A stretch of 64,000 nucleotides of DNA from Marsupella aquatica (lineage: Eukaryota > Plantae > Marchantiophyta), in the NCBI GenBank assembly GCA_973895155.1, contig OZ316892.1:7361251-7425250 (forward strand), written 5' to 3'. The notes beneath the pieces are model-generated. The model saw nothing but the letters and a program-made list of their open reading frames with translations, searched no databases and was not told the DNA's origin. Of the stretch, positions 1-11,388 are shown one piece after another. A program made the position numbers and the translations under genes. Within the stretch, counting starts at the first letter, position 1; each line of letters opens with the position of its first letter.

Positions 1-384
1 CCCAAATTCATCCCCCTGTCTCGACAGATCAGTTCAATTCATTCCCCTTTCAAGCAACCCTAAACAGAATGCGAAGGGTAGAACTTGCTACCTCTGCTTC
101 TTCTTCATACACACTGACGAGACATCTACTACTTCAAAGCAAATACTTTATTGAGAGACGAAAACCCACAGAGGGAGGTATACTTCCTAAGACGTTTCAA
201 AGCCTTCAATGGTGGAAAATTGAAATGTAAATGAGTTTGCACTCTTCTGAGTTTTCAAGTACAATGTGTAACATCTACAAATAGACGAAATAAACCTGAC
301 TCACCAATGAATTCGATTTTGTCATTATATGTAACACAGGTGTTCATGGTTAGTCCCTGCAGTTGTACATCAAAATGTGCACTC

Positions 385-1085
385 ACACAGTTTGTTCTCT
401 TCCACTGAGCCAGGGGCTGCCATGAAACTCACCCTCGTAATAAGAGGGAGTGGGAGTGCCAGGCCCCCAACACTGGGAGCCGCTGCCTCACACATAGTTC
501 GTTCTCTTCCACTGGGCCAGGGGCCGCCCATGAAACTCACCCTCGTAATAAGAGGGAGTGGGAGTGCCATGCCTCCACAGTGGGAGCCGTTGCCTCGCAC
601 CCTAAACTATTCTTTCTCCTTCGCTGGGCCAGGGGACGCCATGTTACGCACCTTCGTAACAAGAGGGAGTGGGAGTGCCAGGCCCTCCAAAGTGGACCCG
701 TTACCTAACACAGTGTTCGTCCTCCTCCGCTGGGCCAGGGGCCGCCATGAAACCCACTCTCGTAATAAGAGGGAGCGGGAGTTGCACGCCCCGTCCGCAC
801 GACAGTAAGTTACGTCCCTCTCACCTCACATACAACAAACAGTGCGTTCTACTCCGCTGGGCCGGGGGCCGCCATAAAACCAACTTTCGTAATAAGAGGG
901 AGCGGGAGTCGCACGCCCCACCCGCACGACAGTAAGTTACGTCCCTCTCGCCTCACATACAACAACAGTGCCTTCGACTCCGCTGGGCCGGGGGCCGCCA
1001 TAAAACCCACTCTCTAATAATACGAGGGAGTGGGAGTCGCATGCCCCACCCGCACGACAGTAAGTTACGTCACATACAACAACAG
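385..1085. repeat. Six-unit GC-rich tandem repeat (period 106-128 bp) with a conserved ~65-nt hairpin-forming core
   Basis: The core cYcYRctgRgccRggggNcgccatRaaacNcacNctcgtaataagagggagYgggagt recurs, with its (t/c)aagaggg or tacgaggg anchor at about 441, 549, 660, 766, 893 and 1021. Spacings are 108, 111, 106, 127 and ~128. Units 1-3 and units 4-6 form two subtypes. Confidence 0.92.
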
Positions 1086-1813
1086 TTCGTTGTTTTGATC
1101 ATGCGGTTTCTTTTCCTTCCCTTGCAGTTTGCTCACAGTTTGCACAGCACGAGGAGCTCCGCCTAAGCTCCGGCTCCCCGCCCTCTTCATTTTCTTACGA
1201 ACAGATGGGTGTGTAGTGTAGATGGATTGAAGGAAATTGATGGAGTGCGCCTTTCTCCCACCTGCCTCGATGCGTGCCGCACCTTCTTTCTCTCTCGATC
1301 TTACGAGGGTGGAGTCCCGATTACTGTTGTAGATACCAGATATTGAACAGACAACTGCTGTAGGCTGCTAACAGACAACCGAACCCGCGTTCGGGCCTCG
1401 ATCCCTCTTCCCTCATCCCGCCTCGCATTCTCGCCCTTTTGCTTTCTTCTTCACTCCGTATCAACCTTCCCGTGCTTTTGCTCCGTTTTTTTATCACTAC
1501 CTTGGCTTTCTTCTTCAGTGGGCCTAGACGGGCCTTCGAAACGCTTCTTGGTCCCTCGTGGTTGGACGGTAGATCGGGCGATATCATTCGCTGCGTTCTT
1601 GGCCTGAATCTTTGTTCATCGGGCTTGCCTTCTGTTGTGTGTCGTCTTGTCAGGAGGATACTGATTTTTAGGCGTATTCGTCAGGAGGATTCCGGGTAGA
1701 GAGGTCTTAGGGTTTATGGCCCTGTAGTTTCGTGTGTGTGAGCTTCGAGTTCATGCTGAGAGGTCGAGCCGTAAGGTGTCTGTAGTTGCTAACCGTGTGA
1801 TAGATCTGTAGGA

Positions 1814-4800
1814 ATGTTGTTAATGGCAGCAACGGAGGATACCCTCGCAGTAGCTATGGAGTCCGTTCCTGCAAGGCGGGAACGACTGCAGAAAGCCTTT
1901 AGCGATCTCGAGACGCAGAGAGCAGCTCTGGCTCAGCTCACTGTTGAATGGAAAGAGCTTGAAGAACACTTTGCGGAAGTGGAAAAAGCCGTGCAGAGTC
2001 GGTTGGAAGATCTGGCTGCTAAGGAGAAGGCCTTTGAGGCCAAAACCAAGGAAACTCGAGATGCTCTAGACAAACGAGAAGAAGCTGTTTCTGCGAGAGA
2101 GCAAGCGTCGTTGTCTCGAGTGCAAGAACAGAAAGATTCTGCCATTGCGGCTATTTTTGAGGAGAAACGCAAGTGGCTGGAAGAGCGATCACGGCTTGAA
2201 GCCGAAGCTGCTGCCGCCAAGGCTGCTGCTGCTGCACAACATAACGCTGCTGTCGTTGAGGCAGCGGCTTCCCCCGCGGCTGCTCCCGTTGTCAAGGAGC
2301 CTGTTCACAAGGCAGAATCACCCATTGTCGCGGCAGCAAATGGCACTGCCGCTGCCAGTGCTCACCAAGCCATGGAGGTAGATGTTGTATCACCATCACC
2401 AAAGCCGTCATCCACCGCTGGAGCTCCCGCTGTAACCACTGAAACTACCACTGCTGTTCCTGCGAAAGAGGAAGTGGCTAACGGGGCCACTAGCAAGGAT
2501 GTTGCTGGGGGCAAGACTGATACGGTCGCGTCTACCACAAACACTACCGCCACTCCCGCGGCTGTGAAAGCTGCAGTTGTGCCTGAGGTGAGAGTGCGCC
2601 CACAGCTTAAGTCACTATGTGAGAACATGGATGGTGACGGGCTGAGGAAGTATATTGTTGACCATCGGAAAGATGTGGGTGCCTTACGGACTGAGCTTCC
2701 TTCTGCACTTCAGTGCGCCATCGACCCTGCACGCTTGGTGCTCAGTGCGCTGGATGGTTATCACCATCCGGAGCCAGGGCCCATTGCAAGCAACCAAGGG
2801 GCTGATAAGAAGGAATCAGGGGCATCGGCTAACCGCCGGGCCTGCATCCTTCTTCTGGAGTGCCTTGCTGTCGTGCTAGCTGATCCTGTGTTAGGAGCGG
2901 ATCACCCCGTGGTGCCCTCCAACATCAAGGAGTCCGCCAAGGAAGTCGCTGACCAATGGATGTCCAAGATTACCACCCATGGAGATGCCTCGTCGGGCAA
3001 TTCATTGGATGCTCAGGCTTTTCTACAGCTTTTGGCTACATTTGGCATTGCGTCGGAGTATAATGATGACGAGCTTTGCAAACTCGTCACTGCAGTTGCC
3101 CGGCGCAGGCAATCACCTGCGCTTTGCCGGTCCCTTGGACTATCGAAGAAGATACCAGGTTGGTGTCCCTTTCTAGTTACAGCCTTTATCGGAGGCCGAG
3201 ACACTGTGATGGTCTCTGTCCTCGGCTTTCCCACACGCGGATCTTTGGCTGGCTGATCCATCTTGGAAAACCTTAGGAGTGGTCCATATTAACATTTGTG
3301 ATTTTAGATCTCATCTCATTACAGCAACGCTGTTTTTCTTCGCACCCTGCTCTCAGACACTTACACTGTCAGTCTGTTGTTCCCGAGAACAGACCTAACT
3401 TCTGTCGGACGTTTTGCATTCTTCCATGAATTAGGCTCATTGTTAGGAGCCTTTTTACCTTTGGTTTGGAGTCTTTGATTTTCGTTTTACAGAGGCCAAT
3501 TCTCCTGTTGCACTGGGAGATAAATCTTTCGTAATTTCCCTTTCATTCAGCAGCAGTTAGAAGAACTGTTAATTCAGTGTAATGAGTTCGGTGTTGAAAC
3601 TTGTTTCTGGAACGGTTCCTCTCGGATGTTGTCTTGATTCTCCTCTGCTGTAGAGGTGAGTCGACATCTACAATTCTTTATAGTTCAACGAAGTAGGTGC
3701 TCTATCAGCACCGGTTCATCTTCTCCCCGCTAGTCTATCTCGTCTCCCCTTCAGTGTTTTGTACCCTTTGTCTTGACCCACATTTAAGTGGGCAATGGTA
3801 AAGCGCCTGAGGAATAGTGGACCGAATTCGCTGCTGTGAATCGTATCGGTCGTAGGCCTTAATCTCACTCTTGTGTGTTAACAGATGTGGTGGACAGACT
3901 GGCTAAGGAAGGCAAACAGATCGAAGCCCTGGCCTTCGCGCATTCCTTTGGAATCATGGACCGTGTTCAGCCTGTTCCATTGCTGAAGGCTTATCTTAAG
4001 GAAGCACGGAAAACGGCTCAGAATATTTTGAAAAATGGCAATAGCTCAGCCGCCGCGCAGGTTTATACTAAACCTACTTTTTTGTTATGTGCACTGGTAG
4101 CTGCTGCTCTCTTGACGTCCGAGTTGAAGGATAATATGCTATTTTTAAGAGGACGATTCCTCGAGTCTGAAAGTGGAAGTCAGTTTCAGCCCTTCGGTAC
4201 TCCAGGAACTTTGTATAGCCGTCCTAGTCACCCAAATTGTGGTTACCTTTTACAATGGGAACTGAGGGGCCCTTAGTATTGTCTGATACTTCCCGTTTTG
4301 AGGGATGTTATTCTTCCATCTGTTCAACCTACACTCATGAATTTTGTGCGTTGTGCAGAATGATGCCACCATGAAGGAGCTTGCTGCCTTGAAATCAGTT
4401 CTGAAATGCATTGAGGAATACGTTCTCGAGAGTCAATATGCTTCTGGTCCGCTTCAGAAGCGTGTAGCTCAGCTTGAGAAAGCTAAGTCGGATAGAAAGA
4501 GGGCGGCCGTTGCCGTTAAGGCGCAGACCAAGCGACCCAGAGCTAGTGGTGGAAGTGGAGGCGGGTATGGTGGATCAGGTGCAGGTGCCGGTGGTGGTGG
4601 TGGTGGCGGGGGCGGTGGTGTCCCGGAGAGGAGCTATTATCGTGGATCTGATCGGGGCCAGTATGGTGGTAGCGTGGGAGTCTCTTCCTACAGCTTGGCT
4701 GCCCAAAGCAATTACGATAGGCGAGGCCAGGGAGGATACTCTACCACTTACACCGGTGGAAGCCGAAGCCCGGTTTCGTTATCTAGTTCTTACCAATATC

Positions 4801-4934
4801 TTGCTGATGGCTTAGGTTCTCCTGTTTATGGAACGAGTGGTTACAGCAATTCTGCCGCTCCTTACAGCAGCTACCAGTTTGGGAGTGGTTTACCACCTCC
4901 CCCACCTGCGTACCAGCAGTCTTTCCTCCACTAA
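1814..4934 (+). CDS. FRIGIDA-like protein (3 coding exons: 1814-3158, 3885-4060, 4359-4934)
   Basis: FRIGIDA-domain motifs are present: LCENMDGDGLRKYI, ELPSALQCAIDPARLVL, RRACILLLE, DAQAFLQLLATFGI, PVPLLKAYL, ELAALKSVLKCIEEY, LQKRVAQLEK. GT-AG introns at 3159-3884 and 4061-4358 keep the frame. An alternative start ATG lies at 1823. Confidence 0.93.
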
Positions 4935-7900
4935 GTTGGCGGCATGTTAACCCAAGAGATTCGACTGGCCCACGAGTATTCACTCTCCCCTGAACTGCTC
5001 TTCTGGGATATTAGGCTTTCGGTTTTGAGCATGAAGTGGAAATTTGGTAGATTCTCACTAGCATGCAGCCACAAGGGCTTGTCCCTACAGTCCAAGCTTG
5101 CAGCAGGTTTTAGGTCAGTTGAGAACCAAAGGTGGTGCTCTTGTGGCACACAGTTTGACAGACATCACAGTAGGGTAGCTTAGCCTGGAATTTTTTGTAC
5201 ATTACAATTTTAACTACGCCCGTTTGCTCTTGTCAAGAGGAATAGCACATGGTTTTTTCTGTGTGGATTCGTCACTTGTCCGATAGGTTCGCTTCGTTAA
5301 TGACCCTGCTTGGGATGTTTGATTAGATTGGCATATATTTGGATATATTTCCAGTACCAATTTGATCAATGCATCGTATCTGTCCGTCCTCATCAGAGAA
5401 CTGCTGGAACTTTACAACACACCTAAATTGCGTCGCTGGACTCTAGTAGCCGATCGTTTATTGTCAGGGGCGTCCTGCCCGATTCATCTTACTGATCTCT
5501 AGTCCTGAAGTACCGTAACCTGATCCCTTCGCCTCCAATAGTAAAAGCATTAGTTTGCAATTAACTGATCAAATTAACTTCCAGTCCACATAATCTTTGC
5601 ATCGATCTTTCGGATCATGGACTACCCCCAGCGTACCTGGACGACGGTTTGCTTGACCGGTTTCCTAAGTTGTTGCAACTACTTGCTGAACTGAGCCTGC
5701 AAGACGCTCAAGTTGTTCTCGCATCAGACGGAGCGCCATGGGCTTTTGACGAGTGCTTACCTTTAATTGTGAATTGTGTTACATTCACCTGCGTTATATT
5801 TTTATACCGCCTGCCCCACTAGTAGATTTCGTCCATCCCTTGCTCTTCCTTGCCTAAGGCTGTGCGATACCTCAGTATGGTTTCGCCAAAGTGATCATGC
5901 TACGTTCAACGTGGTTGTAGCGAATGACATCTCTGGACAATTTTATGGCCACAGCCTACACAGGTGACCTACTGAGACGTAGTTGAGTTGTTCCTAGCTA
6001 AATCTGCGGTATGGCTATTGTTGGTGTGGAACAGATTTTGTTTTGATCAGTTCAGGATGGGTCAGAGAAGTGACTTTGTTCACAAGCAAGAGTCCACAGC
6101 AAACACTGGAGGTGTCGTGCAGCATTGATCCAAATGGTTCGCAGGTTTTCGAGAAACTAACAAGGTTCTTCGTGGGATACAGTTATCATAACCGCCTTGG
6201 TTAGTTTTCGATACGTCTGGCAACATCTTCTGTTGAAATTATTAACAGATTGGATGATAGAAGAGGGAAGAGTCAACCGGAATTCCGTGAATGCGAGACA
6301 TGCGATCGGAATGCAGACGACGGATGGATTGACAGAGGAATTGGAGAGATGAGGTGCGGAAGTGAACGGTATCATTTTGATGTACGGTGCTTGAAAGCCT
6401 AGGCATTAACTGCAGGTATCTCGAAATGCATCAAACTCTTAACGGCTATCGGAGCTGGTTGCGTGGCGGAAAACCTTTCCAGTGAAGATCCATCTGCATC
6501 GGGATTACAGGGAAGCAGGTGTATAGTAATGATAATCAGTGCTTGTTCTCATCGGGTAGCTAGCTTGGTCTACACGATTTGCACTATGATCAGACTTTGG
6601 GAGTTCCTTGGGGTTGGTGGTATTGGGTACACTACATGGAAGGTATCCTATTGAAGGTGGGTACCCTTCTAGCATCGTCGGCGTTTATCGTTGGGAGTGA
6701 GAATGCGCTGTCCCTCCAGATGTTACTTCTGCCCCCAGTCTATGATCACAGAACCGGAGGGATCAGTTGGGATCTACCACCCGAGATGTTGTGAGAAAGA
6801 AAGGTGGGAACTGGCTCACAGTGGTGTTTGATGAATGGAACTTTAGAGTTTTGTGGAGGTTTAATGAAGAGGAGAGGAAAGTTTGATCTCCATTTATGAA
6901 GATCCATCGTTGCCGAATGATCTCGCCCCATAAATGGAGATTTCCCTTTCATCTTCTCTTTGTTAATGCGGCGAGACTATGCATTTGGACTGGGATATAT
7001 CTACGCACAATGTCTCTTTGCTTGAGCTGGAGGGTAGTGTGGGGAAGCCAGTCCCTTGCCGTTACCCTAGGTCCGCATAATGTAAGGATTCTAGGACGCT
7101 TGGGGGTCATTACGCAGAGAGTGGACCATGCGACCTTGCTACGTCCAATCCTCGCCGAGATAGGTCAATGGTAAGAGTGAACTATGCTACCTTCCTATAT
7201 CCATATCCTTCCTATACGCAGTCCTTGGACTCTCCCATCCACGAGCTCATTTTAGGAGTTGGTAGTAGAGAAACCATTCTCTACCCGTATTAGTTGATCC
7301 TGTCTTTAAAAGGCCCGTCTTGTATGGTGCAAATGCTACGATTTGATAACTTGGATGTGAGCTTGAAACTAGCCGTGGTTGTCGACGGGCACATACGCGT
7401 TCCTGATGTCTTACCATCGGCTGGGCCGGTTCGCACCTTCCGTGCCTTGGTGGGGGTCATCAATGCCGGTTTTCTCAGGGCCAGAATTGTTGCTGCTCCA
7501 GTCTACTGAATGCGGACGGTGCGAAGAATCCATCCGACCGTCACACTCAGCAGGGGGGGATTTCTAAATGCTATAATCTTATTATCAGCATCAAAGGCCT
7601 ACCGTAAAGCATATGATACTCCTTGGGACGGTTTGTTAAGGAGATTTGACAGCTTAGTTCCATATGTAGGGACTGCAAATGGTTCTTGGCTTCGTCATTG
7701 ACATTCTGTGAATCCTCCCAATAGGACATTTGAGGGAGTTAAATTGTTACTTGGGATTGAGAGGTACTCTATGATAAGCTCTGGAAAGCACATTGCTGTA
7801 TGATAAGCTTTGAGAAGCTACAGTTCACAATAAATATACCCATTATCAATTGACGAAGACACGGTTTTAAACTCTTCCTGAATTTCCAAAAAGTAGGTTT

Positions 7901-8325
7901 TGTACCAAATGATACGACGATGAAGTCTGGCAGAGACCTGGAACACGGCCTCATGTTTCTCTGACCCAAATTCCACCTTAATCATTTACCTGTGGCTGTG
8001 TAAAAGACTTTCAGGGAATTTGCTCTCGTGGGTCCTTTTCTTTGGCTGAATCTCAAAGGTGACCTGGTGTCTGTGGGCTTGTAGGGGGTTTCCATCTTTG
8101 CGCATCCATCACTGCACGTCAGAGCTTCCCGGGAACCAAAGCAGTATCCCCAATTGGAATTGCATCTACTGTCTTCTCGATGTGGCAGTACCCTAATGTC
8201 AACACACAGCTTCTGATTTGGCTTAGCAATGTAACACATGGATTCACATAGTCTCACAGTGTGGCCGCCGCTGCAACTCACAGCTTCCTAGTGACCAAAC
8301 CAGTGTCCCTAGTTGGAATTGGAAG

Positions 8326-8352
8326 TGTAGTAGTAGTAGTAGTAGTAGTAGT
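8326..8352. repeat. (GTA)n microsatellite
   Basis: A run of about 8 gta units (gtagtagtagtag...). Confidence 0.85.
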
Positions 8353-8579
8353 GTTTAACACAATCACAGAGTTTTGTCAATGGCATCGCAACAAACCGCT
8401 ATCTTGGCTTCAGTGTGAATGTACACCAATTACAGTGCTTAGGGTGCACACATCCAGGTATCAATATTAGTGTAAAACAGTGTAATGTCCCAACTTTATA
8501 TACTTAGGTGCCTGAGAGGTGCCCTCAGTCAGGGAGGTGGTCTAATAGACAACTACTGTACACTGAGCAGAGCAATTGG

Positions 8580-8745
8580 TCTTCTCGTGTAATTAGTGTT
8601 AGTCCTGGAATTAATGTTAGTCCAAAATTAATGTTGGTAGTCCTAGTTTAAGAATGGGGCAGTTCACCGTAATTGCTCTTCTCTCTGAATTAGTGTTAGT
8701 CTAAAATTAATGTTGGAAATACTCATTTCAAGTAAGGGGCAGGGT
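8580..8745. repeat. Short imperfect direct duplication (aattagtgttagtc...aattaatgttgg...ggggcag)
   Basis: Two related copies start near 8590 and 8688, each with internal aattaatgtt subrepeats. Confidence 0.6.
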
Positions 8746-11388
8746 TGAATAGAAAATAACACTAAATGTAATGGGTATTAGGGCTAAGACTATTTAAGGT
8801 TGGAATTCCCTGGACTACAACTAGAATTCAAATTTGTCTAGTACTATTGCTCATATGTGTTGATAATTTTTGACAAGTAGTGTAACCTTGTTGAGACTCT
8901 ATTCCCTAATTTCAAGTTTTCTCTTCCTAGTGCTCTTGGGTGGATGAGACACACTCTCTTCCCTAGGGGTTTGAGGTGAGAGAGCAATGTCTTCTGTATC
9001 TATGCATTGGAACCCTCTCACTATTGCTTGTATGAAGTAGTAGTATTTGAAATGTGGGCTCCAAGCAAAATCCACCAACTGAATTAATATTATTTTTACT
9101 CTCCAAATAACGTAACATTATGCATTACACTACAGTATTACACCTATGTTACTTCATGTGGACACTATTAGTGTTAGTCCGTAGTTAAAGTAGGTTCCGA
9201 GCAACCCAAAGTTGCAAGGACTGTGCCCATACCTCCCACTGCCCAGAATCAGCTCACTTGTCGTACCTAGCTTCATAGCCCACCAAAGTAGCAAGTTAGG
9301 GAGCTTTCATCCCACTGGTACTTTGTAATCTAGGCTAGAATTGAGGAAGACAAACGGTCTCAAACTTGTAACGTCACAAAACTGCACCTTCATGTCAACC
9401 CTGTCTTTTTCTGTTGGATCAAATGAGAAACTTGACTAGAGAGAAGGTACAAAGTGGAGGGAAATGTGTTCAACTTCCTATCAACCTATTCATCATCAAG
9501 CAAGGTGGGTTCTTCGTGAAAGCAAGATCAACCTGACTGAAAAGAAATTGTACTAATTCCACTAAAACAATGATTCGTATGTCAGATTCCTTATCCTCAG
9601 AGCTGAATGTTAAGTTTGACAACTAAATCCAATGCAAAGTTCCCAGTTTAGCTACTTCCACTTCCAAACATTAATCCAAAGGCCTTACACTTGAGTTTGG
9701 ATACAAAGGTTTTGCCCTCTTTTTGAGAAAAGGGGTTTTTAATTGAGTCGAGGCCTGGTTAGTCTAGTGAGGTCAAAGTAAGGTTTATGTTTGACACAAT
9801 GGCTACTTGTATTCATGTTTCCAACACATGTCCTCTCTTGAACACAAGGCCTACTATTCAAGATTTTTGTTTTTATTAAGACACACTGTTTTTGTGATTG
9901 CAAACACAAGGCCCAGGTTAGGCCTTTGTGTTGGGAGAAACAATAGCTTCAGGTGATTTCCATTATTAGGATTTAAACACAACTTCCTTTAGAACGTTAA
10001 TGTGTCAAACAACATTCAATTAGTTTTACTGATGGCAGAGAATTCAATGTAGCAAACTCCTAACAGATTGAAGCAAACAGAAGGATTCCCTTTGAAAAGC
10101 ATTGATTCCAATGGAACTAATTAAGAACTCCATGATTACCGAGTTAGAGGTCAATAGCCTCTTTCAAGCGGAGATGGCCAGATTCCTACGAATGTGTTTG
10201 ATCTTGATCTTGATCTTGAACTAGAAACACAAAACGATTTTTCCACTGTGCAAAGAAATCTGGCCCTTCCCAACCAGATTAAAGTTACAATATCCACCAC
10301 AAAATTAGAGAAACACACACGAACATCTGTACTTTCAGTTGAAGTGAGTAAAATTGAGAGCAAAAGTAGAGTTGGTTTTAGTCAACAAAACTGGTACCTC
10401 CTAAAACTTCCTCTCAGCAACGTGGAGTGATTCTAAGCTGAGTTTTGAGACAGAAAGTCGGAACTTCCAGATGAGAAAGGCCTGCGTTACGGTTGATAGT
10501 TTTCTTCACTTTCTTGAACCTGCCAGTAACAGGAATGTTTCTGTAGAGCAGCGCTAGTTGATTCCAGACTAGTTGCTACTGGCCAATCCCAAGAATTTGC
10601 GAACAACTTAACATGAAGGGATAACATATGTGATTACCTCTTGGCTTATTATTTGTTTAATGCCATCTTGCAGGATTCCAGTCCTAGTAGACATGAGTAT
10701 ATCTTCACTCAGAGTCTCTGACATAATTTGCTCACCAAAGCCCAAAGGCCAGAAACGGAGTTTATCTGAAAAACATAGCCTTTGTAGCTATGGTGTTGAC
10801 GGTCTATTTAACTCTCATCATTAATCTGGCACGGCCATTGTGCAAAAGAAAGGACTAAATCTTTGCTCTACTCTCGTCCAGATTGCAGGGTTCAGTCAAC
10901 TCCCCGCAAAGGAAGGTTATAAATGTTGCACAGAGTGTTCCTAAGCTCAATACTCTACACATCCTCTGCTCAACGATGAAGGAGCTACAGAGCAGAGAGT
11001 TAGAACTCCAACTTGGAAGGCAGAGTCAACCGTCAATATGTACTTGGTAAGAAGACTCAGATATTATAGACAGTTCAATCCAGACTCAACAGAATCAACG
11101 CGTCGATGAATGCTTTATTGCTTTACAATCTTCAGTAAAGAAGAGATCAATTCAATTTCTACTTACAAAACTTCGGTATATCTAAGTATTCACAGCTCTA
11201 CAAGATTGGGTCCCCACACCTCCTCGGCTACCTCAATGCTAAGGAATTATTCACAGCCTCATGAATAGAATTTTCAGACTAGATCAATGTAGGAGAACCT
11301 TATCACCAATACAGTTTGCTCTATCAAGGATCAATGGGCACAAAACGTACAAGGTTGTGCCTTGATCAGTTTTATGCATTAACTATCA

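Noticed and set aside
370-935. Repeat-peptide ORFs (MKLTLVIRGSGSA... and antisense)
   Set aside because: Unit lengths of 106, 127 and ~128 break the frame, so the ORFs are by-products of the repeat.
700-1060. HDV/CPEB3-like or hammerhead ribozyme in the repeat units
   Set aside because: gcg-ttctactc-cgc-tgggcc-gg resembles P3/L3/P1', but I found no P2 partner, no correctly placed J4/2 catalytic C and no consistent P1. No conserved CUGANGA core exists on either strand.
385-1085. CRISPR-like repeat-spacer array
   Set aside because: The linkers are homologous to each other (two subtypes), the cores are long and divergent, the context is eukaryotic and there are no cas genes.
1933-2628. Minus-strand ORFs of 120 and 88 aa
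   Set aside because: Antisense shadows of the Ala-rich FRL exon 1.
7294-7701. LINE RT motif (AGF...KAYDTPWD)
   Set aside because: Spacing and intervening residues do not fit well, and no downstream QG or YADD motif was found. Left unassigned.
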